A stretch of DNA of 64,000 bases from Alphaproteobacteria bacterium (GCA_964291215.2 OZ219790.1:1056001-1120000); one strand, 5' to 3'; shown: positions 43,301 to 54,110, counted from the first letter of the stretch. Numbers and translations are program-made. The notes: generated by a model not told the origin, from the sequence alone.

Positions 43301-44428
43301 TCATGCCGCGACGGCCCTGGCGAGCACCGTTCTCACGTCGGCGGGGTCGACGTCCGCAGTCACGAAGGCCTCGCCGATGGCGCGCGCGAGCACGAAGACC
43401 ATGTGCCCGTCACGCACTTTCTTGTCGTGCCTCATGTGATCAAGCAGCCTGTCCGGATCCCATACCCGGCCCGGCGCCGACGGCAGCCCGACCGGCAGTC
43501 CGACATGGGCGAAGTGACGGCGTATCCGCTCGATGTCGCCGGCCGCGCACAGTCCGATCGCGGAGGACAGTTCGAACGCCATCATCATGCCGATGGCTAC
43601 CGCCTCGCCGTGCAGCAGCTCCGATCCGTAGCCGGTCTCGGTTTCGAGGGCATGTCCGAATGTATGGCCCAAATTTAACAGCGCCCTTGCACCGGCCTCG
43701 CGCTCGTCGCGACCGACAATCGCCGCCTTGGCGGCGCAGCAGGCACGAACGGCCTGGCGGCGGGCATCCGCATCGCCGGCAATCACGCTGACGGCATTGT
43801 CCTCAAGCCAGTCGAAGAATCCGCGATCGCCGAGAAGCGCGTATTTCACGACTTCCGCATAGCCGGCAAGAATCTCCCGCCTTGGCAACGATTCGAGCAG
43901 GCCGGTATCGGCGATGACAAGCCGCGGCTGATAGTACGCTCCGACCAGATTCTTGCCGTGCGCGGTATTGATTCCGGTCTTGCCACCGACCGAACTGTCG
44001 ATCTGGGCCAGAAGCGTACTCGGCACCTGGATGAAACCGATGCCGCGGAGAATCATGCTCGCGGCAAAGCCTGCGAGATCTCCAACCACACCGCCGCCGA
44101 GGGCAATGATGCTCGATGACCGCTCCGGCACGCCGTCGAGGACGGTGCCGACGATCCGTTCCACCGATGCCATGGTCTTCGCCGATTCTCCGGCCGGCAG
44201 GATCAGGGGCGTCGCATCCACGTCTGCGGCGGCGAGCGCCGAGAGGACAGGTCGCAGGTGCAGGTCAGCCACGGTCGCATCGGTCACGATCCAGGCCGGC
44301 CCGGAACCGGCGATCTTGGCGATGCGCGCAGCACCGCTGCCGCCGCGCGCCAGCAGGCCGGCGCCAATCACGATGTCGTAGGAGCGGTCACCGAGTTCGA
44401 CGCGAACTGTGTCTTCGGCCCGATTCAT
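43301..44428 (-). CDS. aroB: 3-dehydroquinate synthase
   Basis: ALGGGVVGDLAGF, DSSVGGKTG, LNLGHTFGHA, HGEAV, DKK; ATG overlaps aroK stop. Confidence 0.96.
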   Translation of the reverse strand: MNRAEDTVRVELGDRSYDIVIGAGLLARGGSGAARIAKIAGSGPAWIVTDATVADLHLRPVLSALAAADVDATPLILPAGESAKTMASVERIVGTVLDGVPERSSSIIALGGGVVGDLAGFAASMILRGIGFIQVPSTLLAQIDSSVGGKTGINTAHGKNLVGAYYQPRLVIADTGLLESLPRREILAGYAEVVKYALLGDRGFFDWLEDNAVSVIAGDADARRQAVRACCAAKAAIVGRDEREAGARALLNLGHTFGHALETETGYGSELLHGEAVAIGMMMAFELSSAIGLCAAGDIERIRRHFAHVGLPVGLPSAPGRVWDPDRLLDHMRHDKKVRDGHMVFVLARAIGEAFVTADVDPADVRTVLARAVAA

Positions 44429-44985
44429 CCGCTGGACGCTTCCAAGGAGCCGGTTTGGCAGTGTGCGTAAAGCGCGCTCAGAATGCTCTCGACCACCGTA
44501 TCCGGGCCGTCGGTTCCCGATTCGACGGTGATGTCGGCCTCGGCATACTGGGGGTAACGCTCCGTCATCAGCCGCGCGAGTGTCGCCCGCTTGTCCCCAT
44601 CCCTGAGGAGCGGCCGGTTGTTTCGCTCCGAGACGCGTTCGACGAGCATGTCGAGATCCGCCCGAAGCCATACGGAGAGCCCTTGAGCGAGGACATTGGC
44701 GCGAGTCTCGGCGCAGGTGAAGGCACCGCCACCGGTAGCGATCACGCTGTTTTTCGTCTTCATCAGCCGTTCGATCACGCGGCGTTCGCCGTCGCGGAAT
44801 GCTCCCTCGCCGTAGCGCACGAAGATATCCTCGATCGAACACTTGGCGCTTGCTTCGATCTCGCTGTCCACATCGATGAATTTGCGATTCAGCCGGCTTG
44901 CCAGCAGCCGTCCCACGCGGGTCTTTCCCGCCCCCATGAGACCAACCAGGACCACAGGCTGGTCGGGAAGCCTTTCAAGCAACAC
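44425..44985 (-). CDS. aroK: Shikimate kinase
   Basis: GLMGAGKT, FRDGE, ATGGG, RPLL; start approximate. Confidence 0.94.
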   Translation of the reverse strand: MLLERLPDQPVVLVGLMGAGKTRVGRLLASRLNRKFIDVDSEIEASAKCSIEDIFVRYGEGAFRDGERRVIERLMKTKNSVIATGGGAFTCAETRANVLAQGLSVWLRADLDMLVERVSERNNRPLLRDGDKRATLARLMTERYPQYAEADITVESGTDGPDTVVESILSALYAHCQTGSLEASSG

Positions 44986-45220
44986 GCACCTCACAATGCG
45001 GCCCGTACCACCCTCGATAGCCGGAATCCGGACCGCCGCGGCATTGAACGCGCATCCTGCAGCCTGTAGACTGAAGGGCACGCGAAGGTTGGGTGCACAA
45101 TACACCGAACGGCAGGAAAATCGAAGACACGATGAAGACTGGCAAGTGCCGCGCGCGCCGCAATCGTCGTCGAGGGCCGCAACGCTGCCCGGCGCCACCG
45201 AGTCTATCGGGACTGCCGGC

Positions 45221-45361
45221 ATGAGGACCGTCTGGGGCATTGCCGTGGCAGGCGTTGTCGCCATCTTGGTCGCGGCCGGGGCCTATGTGGCATTCGTCGG
45301 AATCCCCGCGCCCACGGCCGGGACAGAGAAAGTAATTCCAAATGACCGCTTTCAGCGCTAG
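45221..45361 (+). CDS. Small single-TM protein
   Basis: MRTVWGIAVAGVVAILVAAGAYVAFVGIPAP...KVIPNDRF; similar small ORFs are familiar divergent from aroK in alphaproteobacteria. Confidence 0.6.
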   Translation: MRTVWGIAVAGVVAILVAAGAYVAFVGIPAPTAGTEKVIPNDRFQR

Positions 45362-47150
45362 CCCACGGCTCGGTCTGAGCAGCGGCCTGCTAATCCTCGT
45401 CCTGTCTTCAGCCGCGTTGGCCCAGCCTGTGGAGCTTCGCCGGCCGACTCCTGAACTCGTCGCGGACACTCCGGACGACGGCGCCCCTCCGCCCCAACAA
45501 GCCCAACCCGATCCCGATACGCCGCTGCGGGCCCAGCAACCGCTGATCAAGGACGGGATCGTGATCGATGTGCTGGAGAGTTTCAATCCGGACGGCTTCG
45601 GCCCCCTCGACGAGAAGCAGGGCGGCCTGCCGACCGACCTGTGGCAGGACGTGGGCTGGAACGTCATACGCGGCCTGCTGCCGCGGGTGCCCGGCCACAC
45701 CAGGTCCCGGGCGATGCGCACCCTTGCTTCCCGGCTCCTCCTGTCGCGTGCGATCCTGCCGGTCGACAAGCCAAAAGACGAAAGCTATCTGGGTCTGCGC
45801 GCGGACCGGCTGCTCGCCATGGCGGATGTAGCCGGCGCCCTCTCGCTCATGCAGGCGGTTCCGGAACAGGACCGCGACGAGGCGTTCTCCATGACCGAGA
45901 TCGAAGCGCTGTTCTTCCACAACCGCAATGGCGAAGCCTGCGCCCGCGCGGTTGCGCTCGACGGACGATACAGGGGGACCTACTGGAGGCAGCTGGAAGC
46001 ATTCTGCCTCGCCCTCGGGGGTAACCATGTACGGGCCGGACTGATCAGCGATCTGCTGCGCGAGCGCGAACAGCAGATCGAGCCGGCCTTCTTTGCCGCC
46101 ATTGACGTGCTCGCCGGACGCGGATCAAGCGAGGTCGATACGGTCGGAGCACCGAGCGGCCTGGTGCTTGCCATGATGCGCGCCGCCAGCATCGGACTTC
46201 CTCCGGCGATCGCGGAAACGGACTCGCCGATCGTGCTGCGCTGGATCGCGAGGTCTCCGAACGCCGATCTGGACACGCGCCTCGCAGCGGCAGAAAAGGC
46301 GCTGGCTCTCGGCGCGATGACGTCCGAGGAGATGATCGGCATTTACGGTTCACTGCCGTTCCTCGACCAGGAACTGAAAGCACCGGTGGCGCACGCCCAG
46401 GCAAACTGGGGACCGCGCGGGCGAGCGCTGCTCCTGAGCGCCGCCACAGCTCAGGAAACGCCGGCAGCGAAGGCCGAGACATTGCGGCAAGGCTGGGACA
46501 TCGCCCGCGAGAAAGGCGGCTATGACGAACTGTCCCGCGCCAGCGCGGCCGTGGTCACGACCGTCGAGGCGACGCCGGAATTGATCTGGTTTGCCCGCAA
46601 TGCCGCCCGCGTGCTGCTCGCGGCCGGGCGCGTTGATGCGGCAATGGCATGGTACAACACGGCAGTCGGCGCACGCGCCGATAGCGAGGAAGCAGAGGCC
46701 GTCGAGGCCGACCTGTGGCCATTGGCAACACTGGTGCGCGCGGCAGACGGCGAAGCCCCGGATCCGGCCCGGCTCGACAGCTGGAACGAGGATGTCCGCG
46801 GCGCCGATGGGGAGGAGGCTCTTGCCAAGGCTGCAACCCTGCTGGCGCTGCTCGGCGCCTTAGGAAACAAGTTGCCGCCCGCGACGTGGCAGGCGTTGCT
46901 CACCGCACCACTCGTCGACAGCGCGCCCGCACTCAATGCGATCTGGCACAAAAGGCTCGCGGCAGCGGCAGCCGAAATGCAGGTCGGCGAGACGGCTCTT
47001 CTGGTCACCGCTGCCGCCACCGCCGCCGGTGGCGCCGCCTACGAATCGAGCGCCAACGCAGCCGCTGCCGTGGCCGCACTTCACCGGGCCGGGCTCCGCG
47101 ACGACGCCATGCGCCTAGCGCTCGAGGGCGCCATGGCGGCGGGCCTCTGA
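45342..47150 (+). CDS. Exported Ala-rich alpha-helical hypothetical protein
   Basis: Signal peptide ending ALA-Q, GGLPTDLW motif, 602-aa ORF directly upstream of xerD. Confidence 0.75.
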   Translation: MTAFSASPRLGLSSGLLILVLSSAALAQPVELRRPTPELVADTPDDGAPPPQQAQPDPDTPLRAQQPLIKDGIVIDVLESFNPDGFGPLDEKQGGLPTDLWQDVGWNVIRGLLPRVPGHTRSRAMRTLASRLLLSRAILPVDKPKDESYLGLRADRLLAMADVAGALSLMQAVPEQDRDEAFSMTEIEALFFHNRNGEACARAVALDGRYRGTYWRQLEAFCLALGGNHVRAGLISDLLREREQQIEPAFFAAIDVLAGRGSSEVDTVGAPSGLVLAMMRAASIGLPPAIAETDSPIVLRWIARSPNADLDTRLAAAEKALALGAMTSEEMIGIYGSLPFLDQELKAPVAHAQANWGPRGRALLLSAATAQETPAAKAETLRQGWDIAREKGGYDELSRASAAVVTTVEATPELIWFARNAARVLLAAGRVDAAMAWYNTAVGARADSEEAEAVEADLWPLATLVRAADGEAPDPARLDSWNEDVRGADGEEALAKAATLLALLGALGNKLPPATWQALLTAPLVDSAPALNAIWHKRLAAAAAEMQVGETALLVTAAATAAGGAAYESSANAAAAVAALHRAGLRDDAMRLALEGAMAAGL

Positions 47151-47152
47151 AC

Positions 47153-48154
47153 GTGAGGACCGGCAGCGGTCCGGCCGCCGGCGGGCGACGCCACGATTCC
47201 GCCCTGGAAAAGTTGCACGGCGTCACTGCCTCCGATCGGCATCTTGTCGAGATGTTTCTCGAGGCGATGTCGGCAGAACGCGGCGCCGCTGCCAATACCC
47301 GTGACGCCTACGCGCTCGATATCGGTCAGTACCTGTGCCATCTGACGAAGTCCGGGACTTCGTCAACCGACGCCGACACCTCCCATATCCGCGATTTTGT
47401 CGCGGATATGGCCGTACGAGGACTGTCGGCGCGCAGCCAGACGCGGAAGCTCTCGGCCCTGCGCCAGTTCCACGGTTTTCTGGTGGCGGAGGGGCATCGC
47501 GACAACGATCCGACGATGACGATAGAATCGCCAATGCGCGGACAGCCGCTGCCGAAGTTTCTGACCGCGGACGAAGTCGATCGCCTGTTCGAAGCCGTTC
47601 AGGTGGTACCCGGCTGGCGCGGCGTGCGTCTGAGGGCGATGGTCGAGATCCTCTACGCAACCGGACTCCGGGTATCGGAGCTGGTGTCGCTGAAATGCGC
47701 TTCGGTGGCACGCGACGGACGCACCATCGTCGTTCGTGGCAAGGGGGGCAAGGAGCGGCTGGTGCCACTAAACGTTCCCGCCCGCGATGCCCTGGAGGCG
47801 TGGCTTCCGGTGCGCAAGCAACTGCTCGAATCGAGCGGCGTGGCGCGTCCGGCTCTCGTCTCATGGCTGTTCCCGTCGCGTTCGGCCGCGGGATATCTTA
47901 CACGCGACCGCTTTGCCAAGCTGCTGCGCGACCTGGCGATCCCGGCCGGCATCGAGCCGCGCCGGATCTCACCTCATGTACTGCGTCATGCCTTCGCGAC
48001 GCATCTTCTCGCCAACGGAGCCGATCTCCGCAGCGTTCAGCAGATGCTCGGCCACGCCGACATCTCGACAACGGAAATCTACACGCGCGTCCTCGATGAC
48101 CGGCTCCGGTCGCTGGTGCGCGATGTCCATCCCCTGTCCGATCTGCGGATCTGA
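47153..48154 (+). CDS. xerD: Tyrosine recombinase XerD
   Basis: ERGAAANT, LYATGLRVSELV, GKGGKER, SPHVLRHAFATHLL, LGHADISTTEIY; start approximate. Confidence 0.92.
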   Translation: MRTGSGPAAGGRRHDSALEKLHGVTASDRHLVEMFLEAMSAERGAAANTRDAYALDIGQYLCHLTKSGTSSTDADTSHIRDFVADMAVRGLSARSQTRKLSALRQFHGFLVAEGHRDNDPTMTIESPMRGQPLPKFLTADEVDRLFEAVQVVPGWRGVRLRAMVEILYATGLRVSELVSLKCASVARDGRTIVVRGKGGKERLVPLNVPARDALEAWLPVRKQLLESSGVARPALVSWLFPSRSAAGYLTRDRFAKLLRDLAIPAGIEPRRISPHVLRHAFATHLLANGADLRSVQQMLGHADISTTEIYTRVLDDRLRSLVRDVHPLSDLRI

Positions 48155-48184
48155 CGGCCGGCAGCGGAACGATACAGTCAGACC

Positions 48185-49150
48185 ATGGCCGACAACCCGG
48201 TTCATTCCTTCCTCGACTTCGAGAAACCGATTGTCGAACTCGAAGGCAAGATAAGAGAGTTACGCCATCTTAGCGACGACGGCGAGATCCGGATTGCCGG
48301 CGAGGTGGAGCGGCTTCAGAACCGCGTCGACCGGCTGATCGCCCAGACCTACGCCCGCCTCACGCCATGGCAGCAGGTGCAGCTGGCGCGCCATCCGCAA
48401 CGTCCGCACTGCATCGACTACGTCAAGGGCCTCGTGAGTGACTTCACGCCACTCGCCGGCGACCGCAATTTCGGCGAGGACCAGGCCATCATCGGCGGCC
48501 TTGGCCGGCTCGACGGCCGATCAGTCGTAATCCTTGGGCAGGAAAAGGGAATCGATACGGAGACGCGGCTAAAGCACAATTTCGGGATGGCGCGGCCCGA
48601 AGGATACCGCAAGGCCCGGCGCCTTATGGAACTTGCGGACCGTTTCGGTCTGCCGATAGTCACGTTCGTCGACACCTCGGGCGCCTATCCGGGCGTCGGC
48701 GCCGAGGAACGGGGCCAAGCCGAAGCGATCGCCAGGGCGATAGAAGTCGGGCTCCGGCTGAGCATACCGGTCGTCAGCGTCGTCATCGGCGAGGGAGGTT
48801 CGGGCGGAGCGATCGCGATCGCCGTCGCCAACCGCGTGCTGATGCTCGAACACGCCATCTATTCGGTGATCTCGCCCGAAGGATGCGCGTCGATCCTGTG
48901 GCGCGACGCCGCCCACGCGACGGAAGCAGCCGAAGCCCTGAAGCTGACCGCACGCGACCTGCTGGAACACGGCGTTATCGACGAGATCATCCCGGAACCG
49001 CCGGGAGCGGCGCACCGCAACCGCGAAGACACCGTCGCCGCGGTCGGCAGGGCTATTTCCGCCGCCCTGGAGGAGTTGTGCAGCGAGAACGGGGACGCGC
49101 TGCGCCAGCAGCGCCGCGAGAAGTTCCTAAGCATGGGAAAGGGCGGTTGA
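48185..49150 (+). CDS. accA: Acetyl-CoA carboxylase carboxyltransferase alpha
   Basis: [48 protein letters not shown]. Confidence 0.97.
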   Translation: MADNPVHSFLDFEKPIVELEGKIRELRHLSDDGEIRIAGEVERLQNRVDRLIAQTYARLTPWQQVQLARHPQRPHCIDYVKGLVSDFTPLAGDRNFGEDQAIIGGLGRLDGRSVVILGQEKGIDTETRLKHNFGMARPEGYRKARRLMELADRFGLPIVTFVDTSGAYPGVGAEERGQAEAIARAIEVGLRLSIPVVSVVIGEGGSGGAIAIAVANRVLMLEHAIYSVISPEGCASILWRDAAHATEAAEALKLTARDLLEHGVIDEIIPEPPGAAHRNREDTVAAVGRAISAALEELCSENGDALRQQRREKFLSMGKGG

Positions 49151-49288
49151 GCACCGCGGCCCCCGCGGATGAAAGCCAGCGGCAACATCGGAAAACCACG
49201 AGATCACTGTCCGACCTCGGCAACAGATTCTCAACCCGGGACTGCGCCGCAGCGAGAACAGCGGCCCCGGAAGTGAAACTTATCGGGA

Positions 49289-50212
49289 TCAGCGTATGCT
49301 GAACACGAGCTTCCCCCGGAGGTGGCGACCTTCGCTCACGCGATGGGCGGCCGCTGCTTCCTCAAGCCCGTAGGTAATGACTTCCGGCGCGGTCACCGCG
49401 CCGGCATCAACGAGTTCCAGAATCCGTTCCAGATGCGGCCGGTCACGGCCGACCCGAGGCCTGAGCGAATGCACGTCATCGCGCGGAGATTCGGGCGCTG
49501 TGGAGCCTGAGGCTATGAACGCAGCCCGTCCGCCACTCCTGATGACAGAAAACGAACGCATCGCGACTTCGCCGCCCACGGTGTCGAACACCGCATCGAC
49601 GTTCGAGACCGCTTGCGTGAAGTCCCGGACATTGTAGTCGATGACTTCGTCAGCTCCGAGACTGCGGACATAGTCGTGGTTCCTTGCACTCGCGGTCGTA
49701 ATCACGTATGCGCCGATATGCTTGGCGAGTTGGATAGCGAAACCGGCGACGCCCCCCGCCCCGCCCTGGATCAGAATGGTCTCGCCGGAATGAAGCGCCA
49801 GCGTGTCCTCGACCGAAACCAGCGCGGTCAACCCGATCAGCGAGAGCGCGGCAGCATCGACATGCGAGACGCCATCGGGCTTGCGGGCGACCAGCGCCGC
49901 ATCCATGGCGATCTTCTCCGCGTAAGTTCCTTCCTGTCCAACTTGGCAGACGCCGAAGACCGGGTCCCCAAGAACAAATTCGTCGACATCGTCGCCGATT
50001 CCGCTCACGCTTCCGGAGAAATCGCGTCCACAGACATAGGGAAACTCAGTGATCTGGCTGTAGGCTCCGGCCCGAACTTTCCAGTCGGCGCCGTTGATGC
50101 TGGCGGCATGGATGTCGATGACAACCTCCCCCTTGCGCGCGACCGGATCAGGCAGATCATCGTATTCGAGGACCTCCGGACCGCCATGCCGTTCGAAATA
50201 AGCTGCTTTCAT
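49289..50212 (-). CDS. NADP-dependent MDR-family (quinone) oxidoreductase
   Basis: GGPEVL, GRDFSG, LIQGGAGGVAGFAIQLAK, GHLRGKLV. Confidence 0.9.
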   Translation of the reverse strand: MKAAYFERHGGPEVLEYDDLPDPVARKGEVVIDIHAASINGADWKVRAGAYSQITEFPYVCGRDFSGSVSGIGDDVDEFVLGDPVFGVCQVGQEGTYAEKIAMDAALVARKPDGVSHVDAAALSLIGLTALVSVEDTLALHSGETILIQGGAGGVAGFAIQLAKHIGAYVITTASARNHDYVRSLGADEVIDYNVRDFTQAVSNVDAVFDTVGGEVAMRSFSVIRSGGRAAFIASGSTAPESPRDDVHSLRPRVGRDRPHLERILELVDAGAVTAPEVITYGLEEAAAAHRVSEGRHLRGKLVFSIR

Positions 50213-50551
50213 TCGCTGATTCCCTTCTCTTCAACAATGGACGCGCGGACCACGGAGGATCGCAGGCGGAGCATGTTTCTCCAAGCCCTTGAGAACATGC
50301 TTGTATACTGTCGCCCGCGGCATTCGGTCAATCAATGCATGCGGGTACAGGCGTATAATCACACCCGACGCGCCAAGGGCGCAAATCCCGCAAGCGTCCG
50401 CCCGTGTGTGAACCGGAGGAAACTCCCGCAACACCATAGGGTTGCGGATCAGCCTCTCCCGCTCCGCCGCACGGCTTCCCCGACGAAACGCCGCCGCGGC
50501 TGCTTCCTGCATTACCGCTCAGCCGCGCGGCCCGAACAGGGAGCCGCGACC

Positions 50552-50880
50552 ATGGGCGACAATCCGAAGTCCACCTTCGCCCGGTGCGTCCGCATCGCGA
50601 AGCCCCGAACGACGAAATACGAAATCCGCGACGATGTCGTGAGCGGACTCGCACTGACGGTCCAGCCTACCGGAGTCCGAACCTTCTTCCTCGCCCGCAT
50701 GGTGTGCGGGCGCAGGCGCTACGCCACCATCGGCAGCGCCGACACGATGACGGTTCCCGAGGCGCGGCGCGAGGCCCGCAGGCTCATCGCCAGCTATATC
50801 GAACCGGCGAAGACGGACAACGGACCCCGCACACCGGGACATCCGATGGACGCCTTCGCCGCCGAGTTCCTCGACCGGCA
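50552..50880 (+). pseudogene. Tyrosine integrase, N-terminal arm-DNA-binding fragment
   Basis: KYEIRDDVVSGLALTVQPTGVRTF...RRRYATIG...EARREA; ends at C13 tract / IS256. Confidence 0.8.
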
Positions 50881-50906
50881 GCCCCCCCCCCCCCGGCGGT
50901 CCCAGC

Positions 50907-52132
50907 GGTACTGTAACTTGATGTCTGGAAATTTGTCTGAGGTTTGCGCTTTGAGGCGTTTCACTGGGGGGGCTAGCCCCCCAGTGAAACGCGGCGCCAT
51001 CGTACTATCCCATGGAGTTGTAAAACCTTCATGGAGGAAGCGAATGGACCTGCGACACACCACGACGATTGAGGCCGTTTTGGAACATCTGATCGCAAAC
51101 GGAGCAACGGATCTGGGGCGGGTCTTTGGCCAGCTCTTCGAGCTTGCGATGCAAATCGAGCGCGAGCAGTACTTGAAAGCGGGCCACCGGACACCGGAGC
51201 GACAGGGCTATGCCAACGGCTACAAGCGGATCGACACCCCCACTGTTACCGTTCAGGTGCCAAACGGTCACGGGGACGACCCGTCCCCAGTCGCTTGAAC
51301 GCGGCCAGCGATCTTCTCGCGCCGTGGCCGAGATGTACATCAAGGGTGTTTCCACGCGGCAGGATGTAATGCGCGAGTTCGGGAGCCTGTCCTCTTCTCA
51401 GGGGGCCACCAGGTTGCTCGATGAAGAACTCGCCGCGCAACCGGCCCCTGATGAAATACCTGATCCTGGATGCGCGCTACGAAAAAGCCCGCCATGACGG
51501 CGTTGTGCGCGATGTTGCAGTGCTCTCGGCCATCGGAATAGGGGCTGCAGGCACGTTCTGGGGCTCTCTGTGGCGCTCTCCGAGGCCGAGGTCCATTGGA
51601 GAGCCTTCCTGGAAAGCTTGCTAGCCCGTGGCCTGCATGGTACGACCTTCATCGTCTCGGATGCCGGGCTGAAAGCGGCACGGTGCTGGGCGCGGCGACA
51701 TGGCAGCGCTGCCAGTTCCACTTGGCACAAAACGCCGTGCACCGAACAACGACATCAGGAAACGTATTGGAAAACAGCTCAGAGCCATGCGTCCTCACTC
51801 CAAACCGCCGAGGCTGAACTGGCCGCCCTCGTGGCCAGCTATCGCAACAAGCATCCAGGCTTCCTGGCTGGAAAACAATGCGGGGCTCGCTGTCTTCACC
51901 TTGCCCGATGCTCACCACAAACGTATGCGAACCTCGAACGGCATCGAGCGACCGATCCAGCAAGAACTCAAGCGGCGCACCTCCAAAGTCAGGGTCTTTC
52001 CGAACCTTGCCTCGTTGGAGCACCTCTCAACCGCAGTCCTCATCGACGAAAAATGGGAAACCGAAACCAAGATCAAATGGGAACAGCTCGATCAGCTTCA
52101 CGACAATTTCCAGACATCAGGTTGCGTAATCC
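50907..52132 (+). mobile_element. IS256-family element, heavily microdeleted transposase (ATG 51044)
   Basis: Terminal IRs GGTACTGTAACTTGATGTCTGGAAATT (50907-) and its near-complement ending AATTTCCAGACATCAGGTTGCGTAATCC (-52132); motifs GYANGYK, EMYIKGVSTR, YLILDARYEK, WQRCQFHL, RTSNGIER, VRVFPN spread over several frames. Confidence 0.9.
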
Positions 52133-52516
52133 TGGCGCTCACCGATGCCAAGACCGGGCCGAGGACGGTTCCACTCAGCAGCCGGGCCAAGACCATTCTC
52201 GACCGGCAACCGCGCACGAGCAGCGCGTCCGTGTTTCCCTCGCCGCACGACCCCGCCCGCCCGCGCGGTCCAGACCTCCCGTTCTGGTATCGCGTGCGCC
52301 GCGAAGCAGGGATGGAAGACATCCGTCTTCATGACCTCCGTCATATCATGGCCAGCCATGCCATCATGAACGGGCGTGCCCGTCCCGGTGGTCTCCCGGT
52401 TGCTCGGCCATTCCAATGTGCGCATGACGCTGCGCTACGCCCATCTCGCCGACCGCGACATCGAAGCCGCCGCGGAACGCGTCGGGCAGGCCATGAGCGC
52501 CGTGCTGGAGGCGTGA
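52133..52516 (+). pseudogene. Tyrosine integrase, C-terminal catalytic fragment (one frameshift)
   Basis: DAKTGPRTVPL, RLHDLRH, then shifted frame VSRLLGHSNVRMTLRYAHL..AAERVG. Confidence 0.85.
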
Positions 52517-52557
52517 TCTACGACCCGGCCCGATGCAGCTGCTATCGGCGTGTCCGG

Positions 52558-52770
52558 TCAGAACTGCCGCACGAAGGAGAGTTCGGCGCGGTTGCGGTCG
52601 TAGTCGAGGGCCTGGGCGTTGCTCGCGGATGAGCGAGAGGCGGGGGCTGAAGCCGGCCAAGGTGAAGGCGCGGTTGTGCGCGGAGAGCGAGAGGGTGCGC
52701 GTCTCGTCCCGGCGCGGCCTGCGGTCGATGGTGTTGTGGGCGAAGCCCTGTCCCTGGTATGCGGCGTGCT
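52558..52770 (-). pseudogene. C-terminal fragment of a Slam/DUF560-like outer-membrane beta-barrel
   Basis: RRDETRTLSLSAHNRAFTLAGFSPRLSLIREQR then shifted frame NAQALDYDRNRAELSFVRQF* with terminal Phe. Confidence 0.6.
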
Positions 52771-53290
52771 GCGGTGAGCAGCAGCAATCCCCGCTGGCGG
52801 CGGCGGATGTCCCGGCCCCCACTCGGCCAGCCACTCGACGAAATGGTCTACCGGGGTGTCTCCGCCCCCGGCTTCCAGCGCATGTTCCTCGACGGCTTGG
52901 CGCAGCAGGTCGTGCCAGGGACCGGCGGGCCGCCGCGCGTCCACGCGGGCGCGCAGGGCCATGCCGTCGACGATCCGGGGGTCCCGCCCGTGCAGCCATC
53001 GAACGAACGCCCGAGCCTCCCGCAGGCGCCAGAAACTCGAGATCTCCTCGTTCGCCATCTGAAGCGAAATATCATGCGCCTCGCAAAACGCCCGTACGGG
53101 AACCAGATACTCCCACTCGCGCGCGATCACCGCACAGCGCGACCAATCCCACGCGGGCACAAGCCCGAAGAGACGCAGAAACTCCGCCATGACGGCGCGC
53201 GCCTGACAGACCGGACCGCCGCCCGTCGGCAGGATTTGCACCCGCCCGCACGAAACCAGGTCCAGCGCCGCCCACTCACCGAAGCTCGCC
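52771..53290 (-). pseudogene. Internal fragment of a large RecQ/UvrD-like helicase
   Basis: GRVQILP..WDWSRCAVIAREWEYLVPVRAFCE..FVEWLAEWG / RRRQRGLLLLTA, cut just before the expected HxAKGLEF motif. Confidence 0.6.
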
Positions 53291-53365
53291 GATCAGGGGT
53301 TACCGCCGCGGCTTGATCAGGCAGGTGCGACGGGGATAGAATTAGCGCGAGAAGGAAGGGAAACG

Positions 53366-53728
53366 ATGGTGTTTGAGACGGTGTTTGAGTGGATATTGGC
53401 GGACCCCCTGCGGGTCGGGGCTGCTGCCCTGACGTTGATGGCTATCCTGTTCAGCGGGGGCATGTGGGCGGGTTCCGTCAACAACGATCGAAAGGCATTC
53501 AAGGCCGCCTTTGCAAGGGTTGACGCCAAGCTCGATCACCTGGACGAAAGGATCAACCTTCTCGATGCCAAGTTCGATGCCAAGATTGACAGCCTTGATG
53601 CCAAGGTCAACGCCAAGATCGACAGCCTTGATGCCAAGGTCAACGCCAAGATCGACAGCCTTGATGCCAAGATCGACGCCAAGATCAACCGCATTCTTGA
53701 GCGTCTGCCCACGCCAGCGGCCCGTTGA
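53366..53728 (+). CDS. Small membrane-anchored coiled-coil protein with 11-aa tandem repeats
   Basis: Purine-rich RBS (GAAGGAAGGGAAAC), TM helix VGAAALTLMAILFSGGMWAG, repeats LDAKVNAKIDS. Confidence 0.75.
   Translation: MVFETVFEWILADPLRVGAAALTLMAILFSGGMWAGSVNNDRKAFKAAFARVDAKLDHLDERINLLDAKFDAKIDSLDAKVNAKIDSLDAKVNAKIDSLDAKIDAKINRILERLPTPAAR
53564..53695 (+). repeat. Four tandem 33-bp repeats (GATGCCAAGGTCAACGCCAAGATCGACAGCCTT consensus)
   Basis: Units start at 53564, 53597, 53630, 53663; the middle two are identical. Confidence 0.9.
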
Positions 53729-53894
53729 AGACTTATACCGGCAGCGCTGGTTTCCGGCTCATGCCGGGGACTCCCTGACGGTGTGATTTCTGATTGAACG
53801 AACCCGCATTCGCGGGATGGCTGTGGCGTGAAGGTCTGCTGCCCGTGATGATGGCGTTTGAGGATAGCCCCATCACGAGACAGGATATATCCCG

Positions 53895-54110
53895 ATGGCC
53901 GAGTTGAGCCCTCTTCACCGCCGCATGATCGAGGACATGACGGTCCGCAATCTGCCACCCGGCGACGCAGCGATCCTACCTGCACGCGGTGTCGAAGTTC
54001 AGTCGTCATTCCGGCTGCTCTCCGGATCATCTGGACCTGGAGTATGTTCGGACCTTTCAGCTCCTCCTTGCCTCGGCGGGGATATTGTGGGGCCTGTTGA
54101 ACCAGACACG
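53895..54110 (+). pseudogene. N-terminal fragment of a tyrosine recombinase (type often paired with IS91-like transposases)
   Basis: MAELSPLHRRMIEDMTVRNL / ATQRSYLHAVSKFSRH..SPDHLDLEYVRTFQ across a frameshift. Confidence 0.7.

Noticed and set aside
47153-48154. xerD as the island integrase
   Set aside because: Sits in the conserved aroK/xerD/accA context; housekeeping recombinase.
49150-50550. tRNA or att site at the island's left boundary
   Set aside because: No tRNA cloverleaf or flanking direct repeat recognisable by eye.
49613-51298. 561-aa + strand ORF
   Set aside because: Chimera of oxidoreductase antisense, intergenic DNA, integrase arm and IS256 start; not a real gene.
53564-53695. 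33-bp repeats as a CRISPR array
   Set aside because: Contiguous in-frame coding repeats without spacers; no cas genes.
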